DNA of 64,000 nucleotides, from positions 14,384 to 78,383 of the forward strand of contig CAZTFU010000001.1 of the NCBI GenBank assembly GCA_964612925.1, read 5' to 3'. Numbering within the stretch: the stretch's first letter is position 1; each line of letters begins with the position of its first letter. The notes beneath the pieces were generated by a model. The model made no database searches, was not told where the DNA came from, and worked only from the letters and a program-made list of their open reading frames with translations. Positions 8,396-19,159 of this stretch are shown here, piece after piece. The translations under genes and the position numbers were made by a program. This stretch comes from an uncultured Clostridium sp. Its GTDB lineage: Bacteria > Bacillota > Clostridia > Christensenellales > CAG-138.

Positions 8396-9841
8396 TTACT
8401 CCTGCTTTGCCCATTGCCACAGCAGTGCAAGCTCCTTTTGAGAAAGCTCATTCATTTTTGCGCCGTTTTGCAGTGCAAGCTGCTCCATTTTGGCAAATGC
8501 CTGCTCAAAGCGGCGGGTGGAATCCTTCAATGCAAGCTCCGCATCGATATGCATTATTCTTGCAAGGCATGCTGCGGCAAAAAGCATGTCGCCCACTCGA
8601 TCGTACTGCGCAGCCTTTTCGGCGGCGGTATTCGCCTCCGCCATTTCTATTTTTACCGCAAGCGCACATATTATGCTCAGCACCTCGCCCGTGCTTTGGG
8701 CATCGTAAGCTGCGGCGGTTGCGGCGCGCTTTTGCACCTTGCTTGCCCTAAGCAGTGCGGGAAAGCCTTTTGGCACTGCGGATATGGCATCCATGCCTGT
8801 CAATTGGTGCTTTTCCTTGCGCTTTAATTCCTCCCAGTTTTTAAGTACCTCTTCCGCGCCGGAAACGGCCGTGTCGGAGAAAACATGCGGATGACGGTAC
8901 ATCAACTTTTTTACTATGCCGGTAGAAACATCGTCAAGCGTAAAACCGTGCCCTTCCGCCTCTATCTGCGCATGGAAAACTATTTGCAGCAGCACGTCGC
9001 CAAGCTCCTCACACAAGGCATCCATATCGTCTCGCTCAATGGCATCAACGGCCTCATACGCTTCTTCTATCATGGTGTTCCTGAGGCTTTCGTGTGTCTG
9101 CTCCTTATCCCACGGGCAACCGTTGGCGCCGCGCAGTCGAGATACAACATCCGCAAGGTCATACACGCCGTGCCTTTCCCTTTGCTCAAGGCTTACGGGC
9201 GGTACGATAAGCACCGTGGCCGCAAAATACTCTTTCTGCCTGTCCGCTTCATAAAGGGGTATTGCGGTGCAGACATAATTGCCGCGGCTGTCCATATGGG
9301 CAAAAATGACCTCGTGCTCATCGGGATAGTATTCGCCAAGAGCAAGCTTCACCTCGCCCGCGCGTATGGAGGTGTCAATTTCCTCTATGCAAAGCGGTAC
9401 GCTTGGATCCAAACGGCAGGGCAGGGCGTTTGCGCATATTATTCGCGCATCCGCAAATGAAAACGGTTGCACGGTCGCACAAAGGGCTGCCTCCGCATAT
9501 CCGCTTGCGCAAAGCACGGCTATCTCATCCCCACTTGCGTTGGCGTGTGCGCGTATTGCTTCCATAAGGGCACTGCCGACTCCGCGCCCGACGGGGGCAA
9601 ACACGGCATCCTCATTTGCGGAGAACAGCCGCTTAACTATTGAATCGTTAAGCTCGTCAAAGTCAAAACATGAATTGTAAAGATCATCCATGCTTTCATA
9701 TTGTATGCCGCACTCGTCAAGCCAAAACGCGCTCGGATGGGATTTGGTCTGTATAAAAAGCTTTTTTGCTGAAAGTATGGCCTCCCGCGCGGAAACGCTT
9801 ATCGCTCCCGGCGTTGAAAGCGGTGCAATGGTAAGCTTCAT
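8396..9841 (-). CDS. mazG: YabN-type bifunctional protein: tetrapyrrole-methylase-like N-domain plus MazG NTP pyrophosphohydrolase
   Basis: The C-terminal half has the MazG signature [28 protein letters not shown]...[15 protein letters not shown]. Its position after a YabM-like flippase gene matches Bacillus yabM-yabN. Confidence 0.88.
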   Translation of the reverse strand: MKLTIAPLSTPGAISVSAREAILSAKKLFIQTKSHPSAFWLDECGIQYESMDDLYNSCFDFDELNDSIVKRLFSANEDAVFAPVGRGVGSALMEAIRAHANASGDEIAVLCASGYAEAALCATVQPFSFADARIICANALPCRLDPSVPLCIEEIDTSIRAGEVKLALGEYYPDEHEVIFAHMDSRGNYVCTAIPLYEADRQKEYFAATVLIVPPVSLEQRERHGVYDLADVVSRLRGANGCPWDKEQTHESLRNTMIEEAYEAVDAIERDDMDALCEELGDVLLQIVFHAQIEAEGHGFTLDDVSTGIVKKLMYRHPHVFSDTAVSGAEEVLKNWEELKRKEKHQLTGMDAISAVPKGFPALLRASKVQKRAATAAAYDAQSTGEVLSIICALAVKIEMAEANTAAEKAAQYDRVGDMLFAAACLARIMHIDAELALKDSTRRFEQAFAKMEQLALQNGAKMNELSQKELALLWQWAKQE

Positions 9842-9856
9842 TTGTAATTATCCTCC

Positions 9857-11470
9857 TTAGTGTTGCCTTGCGGCGTTCCTGTAAAGTATGCGTTTAAGCT
9901 TGTTGCCGCCGGGAATAAAGCTAAGCTCATCGGCGTCAAGCATTTTAAGCAGCACCGCAAATATTGCATAAACCATAACGCCTGCGGCAACGGCTGCAAG
10001 CGTTGCAAGCGTGCCGTGACCGGCTCCGCTCAACATACCGTATACCAAATGCACCGCTATACCCATGGCGATGCTTGCCGCGGCGGGCTTTATAAACGTG
10101 TCAAACAGCTTTAACGGGCACTTTGTGCGGCGCAGCATATATATCGTGTCCGCAATGCCCGCATACGCATAGCATACAACGGTGGATACTGCCGCACCCT
10201 GAATATTGATGCTTGGGATATTCATGAGTATAAGCATTGTTATGACCTTCAGTATAAATCCTATAAAAAGGTTGAAAACGGGTATTTGCGGCTTACCGAG
10301 TCCCTGCACAACGCCCGTCATTGATTGTACCATTGAAAGGAAGATAACGCCTATGCTTGCGGTGTGCATAAGATCCGTTGCAAGGGCAAGCTCCGCAGTG
10401 CCAAGCTTTGGATAAAGCATGTGAATTATGGGTTCCGCAAGAACAAACAGACCGACCGCGCACGGTATGCCGACGATAAGCGCAAGCTTTAGACCGAGTC
10501 GTGCCGTGCTTTTTACGCCTTCTTTATCGTGCATGGCATTTTTTGCGGAAATTGCGGGTACAAGGCTCATAGCAAGCGCCATTGTAAGCACGCCCGGCAT
10601 GTTTATAAGCGTGGTAACATATGTCCTAAGGAGTGAATATGCGGTTTTTGTAACCGCCTCGCTGTAACCGAGTCCCTTTAATATGCGGCTTATAAGTGCG
10701 CTGTCCACCATTCCCGTAAGGGGACTTATGCTTGCGCCTATGGTTATGGGTATGGCTATTGCAAGCAGTGCCTTTGCAACCGTGCCGAATCCGCGCGGCT
10801 TTGCGGCAGAAAGCTGAATGCGTTTATCAAAGTGTTTTTTCTTTTTGCGGTAGAAGAAATATACTACGCCAAGCCCCATAAGCTCACTTGTGCTTACGCC
10901 TATAAGTGCACCCATGGCCGCGTATTCGGGTCCTTTGGGGAGAAGCTTTATTGCAAGCGTAAGCCCTATAACAAGTTTGCCGAGCTGTTCGGCTATCTGC
11001 GATAATGCCGTGCCCGCCATTTGCTGCATACCCTGAAGGTAGCCGCGGTATGCGCACATTATCGAAACGAAAAGCAACGCAGGTGCCAATGCGCGAAAGC
11101 TCAAAACGGTTTCGGGATAAGTTGTTATGGCCGCAAAAACGTTTGCGCCGGCAAACATTGCAATGCTTGTCACCAAGCCTATTATGCTCAAAAGCTTCAC
11201 GGAAACGCTGAGCACTTCCTTTGCACCGCGATAATCGCCCGTGGCTACGCGCTCACTTACCTGCTTTGAAATGGCCGTGGGCAGACCGGAGGAGGATATG
11301 ACAAGCAGAAACGAATAATATGGATATGCCGCATCATAGTAACAGGCACCCTCGGGCCCCACGGCATTGGCAAACGGTATGCGAAATACCGCCCCGATTA
11401 TCTTTACGAGCAGACCGGCTGCGCCGAGTAAAGCCGCGCCCTGAACGAAGGAACTTTGTTTCTTTTCCAT
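9857..11470 (-). CDS. MOP-superfamily polysaccharide/lipid II flippase (YabM/SpoVB/MurJ-like)
   Basis: 537 aa with about 14 TM segments. N-terminus FVQGAALLGAAGLLVKIIGAVFRIPFANAVGPEG...SSGLPTAISKQVSE is typical of this family. Confidence 0.85.
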   Translation of the reverse strand: MEKKQSSFVQGAALLGAAGLLVKIIGAVFRIPFANAVGPEGACYYDAAYPYYSFLLVISSSGLPTAISKQVSERVATGDYRGAKEVLSVSVKLLSIIGLVTSIAMFAGANVFAAITTYPETVLSFRALAPALLFVSIMCAYRGYLQGMQQMAGTALSQIAEQLGKLVIGLTLAIKLLPKGPEYAAMGALIGVSTSELMGLGVVYFFYRKKKKHFDKRIQLSAAKPRGFGTVAKALLAIAIPITIGASISPLTGMVDSALISRILKGLGYSEAVTKTAYSLLRTYVTTLINMPGVLTMALAMSLVPAISAKNAMHDKEGVKSTARLGLKLALIVGIPCAVGLFVLAEPIIHMLYPKLGTAELALATDLMHTASIGVIFLSMVQSMTGVVQGLGKPQIPVFNLFIGFILKVITMLILMNIPSINIQGAAVSTVVCYAYAGIADTIYMLRRTKCPLKLFDTFIKPAAASIAMGIAVHLVYGMLSGAGHGTLATLAAVAAGVMVYAIFAVLLKMLDADELSFIPGGNKLKRILYRNAARQH

Positions 11471-11675
11471 ACAGCCTCTCTAACTGCGGCGGGATAAGAC
11501 CCCGCCGACCCAATATAATTATACCATAGTATAGAAATAAAATAAGGTAAAGTATGAATAATTCGCCAACTTTTCAAAATTTGTTCGCTTTACGCTTTAT
11601 ATTGGAAAGTTTTGTTGTATAATTAAATAGATGTGGCGTATGCACGCCTATGGGGAAACGGAGGTAGATATATAG

Positions 11676-13346
11676 ATGAAAGTAACCGCGGATTCTATGA
11701 GCTGCGAAATAAAGCACGGCGAAAGTCTGCTTGACGCGGTAAAACGGTTGGAGCTTGACATGATATCATTAAGCTCTCGCCCGCTTGCCGCGCAGATAGG
11801 CGGCGAGGTGTTCAGCCTAAGGTACACTCCGTTTAAGGATGTTAATATACATTTATTAAATTATAAGGAAGAATCGGGCAGGCGCGTATATGAACGCACG
11901 TTGCAATTCATATTTATTGCGGCCGTAAGGCGGCTTTTTCCTCAGGCACGGGTGTGTGTGCGCTACACGCTCGGACCGGGACTGTATATAACTGTGGATA
12001 AACAGCCCACATTGAACGAACAGGATGTGCTTAAGCTTGAGGCTGAAATGCGCAACATTGTCCGCGCCGCACTTCCGCTTGAAAGAAAAAGACTTGATAT
12101 AAAAGATGCCATTGAATTTTACGAGCGTGACGGTCAGACAGATAAGGCTCGCCTTTTGAAGTGGCGCAAATTCAGCTATTTTGATGTGTATTCGATCGGC
12201 TCATATATGGATTATTTCTATGGGGAAATGGCACCTTCAACCGATTATACGGATGTTTTCCGCCTTAAATTCGTTGAAGGTGCGGTAATACTGCTTATGC
12301 CCCGAAGCGATGAACCGGATGTGCCAAGCGAATACGAGCCGATGCCAAAACTTGGCATAACGTTCAAGCAAAGTGATGACTGGGGCAAGCTTATGCACTG
12401 TTCAACCGTCGGAGAGGTGAACACGCTTGTTTCAAACGGCAGAATACGGGAACTTGTGCGCGTAAACGAAGCATTGCACGAAAAAAGCTATGCCCTTATT
12501 GCGGACGGTATAGTTGAACGTAAAGCACGCGCCGTGCTTGTTGCGGGGCCAAGCTCCTCAGGTAAAACGACAAGCGCGAACCGACTTGCGACTCAGCTTA
12601 GGGTGCTTGGACAGGATCCGAAAATGCTGTCACTTGACAATTATTATCTTGACAGGGATGCAATACCTGCCGATGAAAACGGCGAAAAGGACCTTGAACA
12701 CATAAACACGCTTGATACGGTGCGCTTTTCGAGCGACCTTGCCAAGCTTTTACGCGGGGAAGAGGTGGAGGTGCCCGTATTTGACTTCCTTACGGGCAAA
12801 CGAGCGAAAGAAGGCAAGGTGCTTCAACTCCATCCCGATGAACCGCTTATAATAGAAGGAATACATGCCCTCAATCCTGCACTTTTGGGTGACGATATAG
12901 ACCGTGACAAATTATTTAGGGTATATGTAAGCGCACTTACAACGCTGAATATAGATGACCACAACCGCATACACACCACCGACGCGCGTCTTTTAAGGCG
13001 ACTTGTTCGGGATTATGAAACGCGGGGCGCAAGCATGGAAACAACGCTTTCCATGTGGCCGAGCGTAAGGCGCGGCGAAGAAAGGTGGATATTCCCATAT
13101 CAGGAAAATGCGGACGCGCTCTTTAACACAACGCTTGTATATGAAATATCCGTGCTGAAAAAGTATGTTTACCCGCTGCTTCAGGCTGTGCCGAAGGAAA
13201 GCAACTGTTATGCGGCGGCACGGGACATTATAAAGGTGCTGAACTATTTCCTTGATGCGGACGGAATAGAGGATGAAATACCGCCCACAAGCATTCTGCG
13301 CGAATTTATAGGCGGCTGTACCTTCTACAGGGAGGATAAGAGATGA
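11676..13346 (+). CDS. PRK/uridine-kinase-family nucleoside kinase with ThrRS-like (TGS-type) N-terminal domains
   Basis: P-loop VLVAGPSSSGKTTSANRL followed by a PRK-like region. The N-terminal ~250 aa resemble the ThrRS N-terminus. GGAGG RBS. Confidence 0.75.
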   Translation: MKVTADSMSCEIKHGESLLDAVKRLELDMISLSSRPLAAQIGGEVFSLRYTPFKDVNIHLLNYKEESGRRVYERTLQFIFIAAVRRLFPQARVCVRYTLGPGLYITVDKQPTLNEQDVLKLEAEMRNIVRAALPLERKRLDIKDAIEFYERDGQTDKARLLKWRKFSYFDVYSIGSYMDYFYGEMAPSTDYTDVFRLKFVEGAVILLMPRSDEPDVPSEYEPMPKLGITFKQSDDWGKLMHCSTVGEVNTLVSNGRIRELVRVNEALHEKSYALIADGIVERKARAVLVAGPSSSGKTTSANRLATQLRVLGQDPKMLSLDNYYLDRDAIPADENGEKDLEHINTLDTVRFSSDLAKLLRGEEVEVPVFDFLTGKRAKEGKVLQLHPDEPLIIEGIHALNPALLGDDIDRDKLFRVYVSALTTLNIDDHNRIHTTDARLLRRLVRDYETRGASMETTLSMWPSVRRGEERWIFPYQENADALFNTTLVYEISVLKKYVYPLLQAVPKESNCYAAARDIIKVLNYFLDADGIEDEIPPTSILREFIGGCTFYREDKR

Positions 13347-14104
13347 GATTGATATCATGGAACGTTAACGGCCTTCGCGCCTGCATGGGCAAGGGCTTTA
13401 TGGAATTCTTTCATACGATAAATGCGGATGTTGTCGCATTGCAGGAAACAAAGCTTCAGCCGCATCAGATTGAACTTGAACTTGAGGGTTACGAACAATA
13501 CTGGCACAGCGCCGAAAAAAAGGGATACAGCGGCACGGCCGTTTTTACAAAGAAAAAGCCGTTTTCGGTGACTTATGATCTTCCGAACATGGAAGAACTC
13601 GGTTTCCCGAACGAGGGCAGGGTCATAACGCTTGAATTTGAGGATTTCTATTTTGTTAATTGCTACACGCCCAATTCTCAGCGCGAGCTTGCACGCATTG
13701 AATTCAGAATGGATTGGGAGGATGAATTCCGCAAATACATCTGCTCTCTTGAACAAATCAAACCCGTTGTACTCTGCGGCGACCTTAATGTGGCACACAA
13801 CGAAATAGACCTTAAAAATCCTCAAAGCAACCACAACAATGCAGGCTTTACGGATAAGGAACGCGGCAAATTCAGTGAATTGCTTAATTGCGGCTTTGTG
13901 GACAGCTTCCGCTACCTTTACCCGGACAAGCGGGATTGTTATTCGTGGTGGAGCTATATGGCAAATTCGCGCGCACGGAACATAGGGTGGCGCATAGACT
14001 ATTTTGTCGTAAGCGAAAAAATGAAGAACAGAATTGAGCAAAGTAGCATATTGCCTGAGGTGATGGGCAGCGACCATTGCCCGGTAATGCTTGAAATATT
14101 ATAA
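13343..14104 (+). CDS. xth: exodeoxyribonuclease III
   Basis: MRLISWNVNGLRA...VVALQETKL...GSDHCPV. The ATGA start overlaps the stop of the upstream kinase gene. Confidence 0.93.
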   Translation: MRLISWNVNGLRACMGKGFMEFFHTINADVVALQETKLQPHQIELELEGYEQYWHSAEKKGYSGTAVFTKKKPFSVTYDLPNMEELGFPNEGRVITLEFEDFYFVNCYTPNSQRELARIEFRMDWEDEFRKYICSLEQIKPVVLCGDLNVAHNEIDLKNPQSNHNNAGFTDKERGKFSELLNCGFVDSFRYLYPDKRDCYSWWSYMANSRARNIGWRIDYFVVSEKMKNRIEQSSILPEVMGSDHCPVMLEIL

Positions 14105-14115
14105 AACGGAGGAAT

Positions 14116-15150
14116 ATGAAAATGCACTATATCGATTTAAGAAGCGATACCGTTACCCAACCTACACTTGCAATGCGTGCGGCAATGGCCGCGGCGGAAG
14201 TGGGAGATGACGTATACGGCGATGATCCCACGGTAAACCGCCTTGAGGAAATGGCAGCCGAAAGACTCGGTAAGGAAGCGGCAATGTTCATAACAAGCGG
14301 AACCATGGGCAACCAACTCGGCATAATGAGCCAGACCCGCCGCGGCGATGAAATAATCGCGGGTGCGCAAAGCCACATAGTTATGCACGAAGTTGGTGCT
14401 GCGGCGGTATTGAGCGGCGTAAACATAAGGCAGCTTGACTATCCGAACTGCATTCCCGTGCCGGAAATGATAAGGGCGCATATTCGCCCCGATGATATAC
14501 ACGAACCGCCAACAACGCTTATCTGCCTTGAAAATGCACTTGCAAACGGCCGCGTTGTGCCGCTTGACATAATGTGTGAGGTACGCAAAATCGCGGACGA
14601 AAACGGTTTGCCGATACACCTTGACGGTGCACGCCTTTTCAACGCGGCGACTGCACTTAATACCGATGTGAAGGAAATAACCAAATATGTCGATACGGTA
14701 TCGTGTTGCCTTTCAAAGGGACTTTGTGCGCCCGTGGGTGCGATATTTGCGGGTCCCAAGGCTACCGTACAGCGCGCAAGAAAGTACAGAAAGATGCTTG
14801 GCGGCGCAATGCGTCAGTGCGGCGTGCTTGCCGCGGCGGGTATAATCGCTCTCAATGACATGACAAAGCGCATAGGCGATGACCATGCCAATGCCAAATA
14901 TATGGCGGAATTGCTGAATAAAATAGACGGCATTACCGTTGATACGGACGCGGTGCAGATAAACATGGTATTTTTTAAGTTGAATGCAAGCGAAGAATTG
15001 AAAAACAGCCTGCCTGCAAGCATGAAGCAAAAGGGCATATTGATAAGTCCCGAAGAGCTTGGCGAATTCCGCTTTGTTACGAACAACGATGTTTCGCGCA
15101 AGGATGTCGAATATGCGGTAAAAGAATTTGCCGCACTGATACACGGATAA
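14116..15150 (+). CDS. ltaE: low-specificity L-threonine aldolase
   Basis: IDLRSDTVTQPTLAMRAAMAAAEVGDDVYGDDPTVNRLEE. ATG 14122 has better spacing from GGAGG (14108-14112) and may be the true start. Confidence 0.9.
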   Translation: MKMHYIDLRSDTVTQPTLAMRAAMAAAEVGDDVYGDDPTVNRLEEMAAERLGKEAAMFITSGTMGNQLGIMSQTRRGDEIIAGAQSHIVMHEVGAAAVLSGVNIRQLDYPNCIPVPEMIRAHIRPDDIHEPPTTLICLENALANGRVVPLDIMCEVRKIADENGLPIHLDGARLFNAATALNTDVKEITKYVDTVSCCLSKGLCAPVGAIFAGPKATVQRARKYRKMLGGAMRQCGVLAAAGIIALNDMTKRIGDDHANAKYMAELLNKIDGITVDTDAVQINMVFFKLNASEELKNSLPASMKQKGILISPEELGEFRFVTNNDVSRKDVEYAVKEFAALIHG

Positions 15151-15171
15151 TATCAAACGGAGGTATAAACA

Positions 15172-15903
15172 ATGGCAACAAAGGTATGGGCGCACAGGGG
15201 CGCAAGCGGATACGCACCGGAAAACACCATTCCCGCATTCAAACTGGCCGTTGAACAAAAGGCGGACGGCGTGGAACTGGATGTTCATCTCAGTAGTGAC
15301 GGTAAACTGATGGTAATACATGACGAAACCGTGGACCGCACGTCAAACGGCACGGGTCGTGTTGTGGATATGACCTGTCAGGAACTTAAAAAACTTGATT
15401 TTTCCAACGGTATGGCGGGTTATAAGGACGTACGCATACCAACGCTAAAGGAAGTATACGGACTGCTTAAAAATACTGACCTTACCATAAACGTTGAAAT
15501 AAAAAGCGATGTTGTGATGTATTACGGTATATGGGATAAGGTGATAGAGCTTGAACGCGAAATGGGTATGCAGGGCAGGATAATCTATTCCTCGTTCAAC
15601 CATTATGTGCTTATGAAGCTCAGAGAGGTCGAACCCAAGGCAAAGATAGGTCTGCTTTACTCCGAGGCAATGGTGGATCCGTGGGTGTATGCAAGCTATC
15701 TCCATGCCGATGCAATACATCCGCATTATCTTGCGGCACTCGGTTGCCCGGGACTTATTGAGGGCTGCAAAAAGGCGGGGGTGGAAATGCACCCGTGGAC
15801 GTGCAACGATGAGCAGGTCGTGTGCGATCTTGCATCAGCGGGAGTTGAGGCGGTAATAACCAATTACCCCGACAAAGCAAGGGCTGCAATAGAGAATAAA
15901 TAA
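15172..15903 (+). CDS. glycerophosphodiester phosphodiesterase
   Basis: WAHRGASGYAPENTIPAFKLAVEQKADGVELDVHLSSDGKLMVIHDETVDRTSNGTG. GGAGG RBS. Confidence 0.92.
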   Translation: MATKVWAHRGASGYAPENTIPAFKLAVEQKADGVELDVHLSSDGKLMVIHDETVDRTSNGTGRVVDMTCQELKKLDFSNGMAGYKDVRIPTLKEVYGLLKNTDLTINVEIKSDVVMYYGIWDKVIELEREMGMQGRIIYSSFNHYVLMKLREVEPKAKIGLLYSEAMVDPWVYASYLHADAIHPHYLAALGCPGLIEGCKKAGVEMHPWTCNDEQVVCDLASAGVEAVITNYPDKARAAIENK

Positions 15904-15962
15904 GCGGAAGAATTCAGGCCGTATAGGCTCCTCCTAACAAGGGGAGCCGAATTTTACATAAA

Positions 15963-16643
15963 ATGGAGACACTTAAAACCATAGCAACTATACAAAGCGA
16001 TTTTACCACGAAATTCGGAATACCTCGCCAAAGCGGTCTTTCCGCTATGCAACTTTCGACAATAGTGTTCAAGTCCGAATACAGGGATGAAAATGCACTG
16101 CGCGGCCTTGAAGGATATTCTCACATATGGCTGATATGGGGCTTTAGCGAAGTAAAGGCAGAACGTTGGTCACCAATGGTCAAGCCGCCGCGCCTTGGGG
16201 GAAACAAGCGCATGGGCGTGTTTGCCACACGCTCACCGTACAGGCCGAACCCGATAGGACTTTCAAGCGTAAGGCTTGAGGCAATAGAAAAGCGACCGAA
16301 TCTTGGCACGGTGCTTATAGTATCAGGTGCGGATCTGATGGACGGCACGCCGATATACGATATAAAGCCATACCTTTCGTTTACGGACAGTCATCCCGAT
16401 GCCAAAAACGGTTTTGCGGGCGAAAAATTAGGCTATTCGCTTGAAGTTGAGTTCCCCGATGAACTGCTTGAGCTTATTCCCGAACGGAAGCGAAAACCGC
16501 TTATAGAATCGCTCTCGCAGGATCCGCGCCCCGCATATCTTACCGAACCCGATATGCCGTTCGGCTTTGAATATGCGGGCTTTGATGTGCGCTTTAAGGT
16601 AAAGGACGGCATATTGCGCGTATACGAAATAATTAAGTTGTAG
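15963..16643 (+). CDS. trmO: tRNA (m6t6A37) methyltransferase TrmO (TsaA/YaeB family)
   Basis: IATIQSDFTTKFGIPRQSG...GYSHIWLIW...RSPYRPNPIGLS are typical of the TsaA-like family. Confidence 0.85.
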   Translation: METLKTIATIQSDFTTKFGIPRQSGLSAMQLSTIVFKSEYRDENALRGLEGYSHIWLIWGFSEVKAERWSPMVKPPRLGGNKRMGVFATRSPYRPNPIGLSSVRLEAIEKRPNLGTVLIVSGADLMDGTPIYDIKPYLSFTDSHPDAKNGFAGEKLGYSLEVEFPDELLELIPERKRKPLIESLSQDPRPAYLTEPDMPFGFEYAGFDVRFKVKDGILRVYEIIKL

Positions 16644-16683
16644 CAATTGACACACCAAAGCCTTATTTTGAATGAAAATGGCG

Positions 16684-16709
16684 GGGGAGCGAACATTACT
16701 CGCTTCCCC
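16684..16709. terminator. hairpin between convergent trmO and a small ORF (possible shared terminator)
   Basis: GGGGAGCGA-ACATTAC-TCGCT(T)CCCC. On the minus strand it is followed by GCCATTTTCATTC. The U-tract is weak in both directions. Confidence 0.4.
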
Positions 16710-16722
16710 ACTTAGCGTTCGA

Positions 16723-16884
16723 TTAGCGGCAACACATCCTGTCCAAGGCGCGCTTGCCCGTTTTAACGATCCTTTTTGAATCGCGAACGGCTCGCCTTGA
16801 AACATCGGGATACATTGCGCATACCGCAGCGGTTGCGGCTACCATGCCGGCAGCCATACCCGCGGCAAAAACAATTGATTTCAT
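16723..16884 (-). CDS. small (53 aa) hydrophobic/basic protein, unannotated in the ORF track
   Basis: Manual translation is MKSIVFAAGMAAGMVAATAAVCAMYPDVSRRAVRDSKRIVKTGKRALDRMCCR. GAAAGGAGA lies 7-8 nt upstream of the ATG. It lies after the nifU terminator and before the hairpin at 16684-16709. Confidence 0.5.
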   Translation of the reverse strand: MKSIVFAAGMAAGMVAATAAVCAMYPDVSRRAVRDSKRIVKTGKRALDRMCCR

Positions 16885-16959
16885 TTGTCCGTCTCCTTTC
16901 GCAAAGTATATGTATTAGCTTTTGTAAAAAGGCGGACTTATTTTCAATCCAAATATCGG

Positions 16960-16992
16960 AAAAAAAGGACGATGAGACCGTGCCCATCATCC
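16960..16992 (-). terminator. intrinsic terminator after nifU
   Basis: Minus-strand RNA forms GGAUGAUG-10 nt loop-CAUCGUCC (one G.U pair) followed by U7 (A-run 16960-16966 on the plus strand). Confidence 0.75.
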
Positions 16993-17007
16993 TTTTATAA
17001 TAATCAT

Positions 17008-17448
17008 TTAGTGCTCGTGCGGTTCTTCATGCTCGTGGGCACTCTTTTTGCTTTCGACCTCTTTGGCCTTATCCTCCATGCCCTTTCTGCGGTAATAATC
17101 CGCAACGGCCGCGCGCACGGCTTCCTCCGCAAGCACGGAACAGTGTATCTTTGCGGGCGGCAAACCTTCAAGTGCTTCAACAACGGCGGAATTTGAAAGC
17201 TGAAGTGCCTCATCTATGCTTTTGCCCTTTATAAGCTCGGTCGCCATGGAGCTTGTTGCAATTGCGGCACCGCAACCGAAGGTTTTGAAACCCACGTTTT
17301 CTATTATGCCGTCATCATTTACATCCAAAAACATCTGCATTATGTCGCCGCACTTGGCGTTACCTACCATGCCTACGCCGTTTGCGTTTTCCAGCTCGCC
17401 AACGTTGCGTGGGTTTTGGAAATGATCAAGAACCTTTTCGGTATACAT
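17008..17448 (-). CDS. nifU: Fe-S cluster scaffold protein NifU/IscU-type
   Basis: VLDHFQNPRNVGELENANGVGMVGNAKCGDIM...FKTFGCGAAIATSS...PPAKIHCSVLAEEA. It ends in an acidic/His-rich tail HEHEEPHEH. Confidence 0.93.
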   Translation of the reverse strand: MYTEKVLDHFQNPRNVGELENANGVGMVGNAKCGDIMQMFLDVNDDGIIENVGFKTFGCGAAIATSSMATELIKGKSIDEALQLSNSAVVEALEGLPPAKIHCSVLAEEAVRAAVADYYRRKGMEDKAKEVESKKSAHEHEEPHEH

Positions 17449-17479
17449 ATATATTCTCCTTCCGATTGTATCCTTTTGT

Positions 17480-18643
17480 TTATTTTATGGGGCTTATGGG
17501 GCTCATCGCTCTAAGCCTGTGCGCTACCTTGGGCAGCGTTTCAAGCACATAATCAATATCTTCTTCTGTGGTATCATCACCAAGGGTAAGCCTTACGGAG
17601 CCGTGTGCAACCTCATGCGTAAGGCCGAGTGCAAGCAAGACATGCGACGGGTCAAGGCTGCCGCTTGTGCAGGCGGAACCGCTTGACGCCGCTATACCCG
17701 CCATGTCAAGCATGAGCAGTATACTTTCACCTTCGATATACTTAATCGAGAAGTTGACGTTGTTTGGCAGCCGCTTTGTTCTGTGGCCGTTCAGCTTGAC
17801 TTCGGGTATGGTGGCCTCTATACCATCGATAAGCCTGTCGCGCATTTTTGTCATTCGGGCGGAGGTTTCGGCCATGTTATTCACTGCAAGCTCGAGTGCC
17901 TCACCAAGACCGACTATACCCGCAACATTCTCGGTACCCGCACGGCGACCCTTTTCCTGTTCGCCGCCTATTATATAGCTTGGCAGGCGTATGCCCTTTC
18001 TTTCATACAGCACGCCAACGCCCTTGGGACCGTGGAACTTATGGCCGGAAAGCGAGAGCATATCTATGCCCATGGCCTTTACGTCTATGGGTATGTGCCC
18101 TGCGGCCTGAACCGCATCCGTATGGAAAAGCACGCCGCGTTCATGGCACACTGCGGCTATTTCGGGAATGGGCATTATTGTGCCGACTTCGTTGTTTGCA
18201 AACATAATGCTTACAAGTATGGTCTTGTCGGTAATGGCGTCACGCACTTGTTCCGCAGTTACAAGGCCGTTTTCATCAACGGGGAGATACGTCACCTTTA
18301 TGCCTTTCCTTTCAAGCGCGGCGCAGGCGTGAAGTATGGCATGGTGCTCTACGTTTGTGGTTATGATATGGTCGCCTTTTTTGGCATATCTTTCGGCCAC
18401 ACCGAACAGCACCGTATCATCGCTTTCCGTGCCGCAGCCCGTGAATACTATTTCGCTCGGGTCCGCATTTATGGCGCGGGCTACCTGTTCGCGGGCGTGT
18501 TCAACTGCGGCGCGGGCGGTTTGTCCGAAAGAATGGGGACTTGAAGCATTGCCGTATACTTCGGTAAGGTACGGCATCATCTTTTCGAGTACCTTGGGTG
18601 AAAGGGCGGTGGTTGCCGCATTGTCAAGATAGACCCTTCTCAT
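17480..18643 (-). CDS. nifS: cysteine desulfurase NifS/IscS-type
   Basis: [23 protein letters not shown]...NASSPHSFG...[12 protein letters not shown]...SSGSACTSG. Confidence 0.93.
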   Translation of the reverse strand: MRRVYLDNAATTALSPKVLEKMMPYLTEVYGNASSPHSFGQTARAAVEHAREQVARAINADPSEIVFTGCGTESDDTVLFGVAERYAKKGDHIITTNVEHHAILHACAALERKGIKVTYLPVDENGLVTAEQVRDAITDKTILVSIMFANNEVGTIMPIPEIAAVCHERGVLFHTDAVQAAGHIPIDVKAMGIDMLSLSGHKFHGPKGVGVLYERKGIRLPSYIIGGEQEKGRRAGTENVAGIVGLGEALELAVNNMAETSARMTKMRDRLIDGIEATIPEVKLNGHRTKRLPNNVNFSIKYIEGESILLMLDMAGIAASSGSACTSGSLDPSHVLLALGLTHEVAHGSVRLTLGDDTTEEDIDYVLETLPKVAHRLRAMSPISPIK

Positions 18644-18667
18644 ATAAAACTGCTCCTGATAATATAA

Positions 18668-19135
18668 TTATTGTTCTTTGGCGATGCACTCATCCGCACT
18701 GCCGCCGTGGCGGTCAAGCTGAATACGGTAATCATCTGCCATGTCCTTTAGCGTTGTTGAAGTTAGTACGTCATTGATACGACTTTGAAGTTTTAACCAA
18801 AGCGGACGTGCAGAACAAGTACAGGCGTTGCTACATGCGGCATCGTTCTCCGTGCCCACGCAATCAACAAGCTCCGTGCCGCCTTCAAGCGCCCTAAGCA
18901 CCGTGCCGACATCTATTTTCTCGGGTGCACGGCTAAGCTCGTAACCGCCCATTGCTCCGCGTGCACCCTTTATAAGGCCGGCCTTTTTCAGCGCACCTAT
19001 CATCTGTTCAAGATACGATGTGCTTATGCCTTGCCGCTGTGCAAGCGAAGCTGTGCTTATGGGTCCGTTGCCGTATTCAATGGCAAGATCCACCATGGCT
19101 TTAAGCCCGTAGCGACCCCTTGTTGAAAACAGCAT
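18668..19135 (-). CDS. iscR: Rrf2-family transcriptional regulator (IscR-like)
   Basis: RGRYGLKAMVDLAIEYGNGPISTASLAQRQGISTSYLEQMIGALKKAGLIKGARGAMGGYEL, plus a Cys cluster CVGTENDAACSNACTC. It is the first gene of the nifS-nifU cluster. Confidence 0.85.
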   Translation of the reverse strand: MLFSTRGRYGLKAMVDLAIEYGNGPISTASLAQRQGISTSYLEQMIGALKKAGLIKGARGAMGGYELSRAPEKIDVGTVLRALEGGTELVDCVGTENDAACSNACTCSARPLWLKLQSRINDVLTSTTLKDMADDYRIQLDRHGGSADECIAKEQ

Positions 19136-19159
19136 TATCGGTTCACCTCAATTCCTATC

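Noticed and set aside
8281-8451. A 57-codon upstream extension of the HU ORF in the track (8008..8451).
   Set aside because: HU homology starts at MNKTEL (ATG 8280), which has AGGAGG immediately upstream. The extension overlaps the predicted hup promoter and the 3' end of yabN and has no homology.
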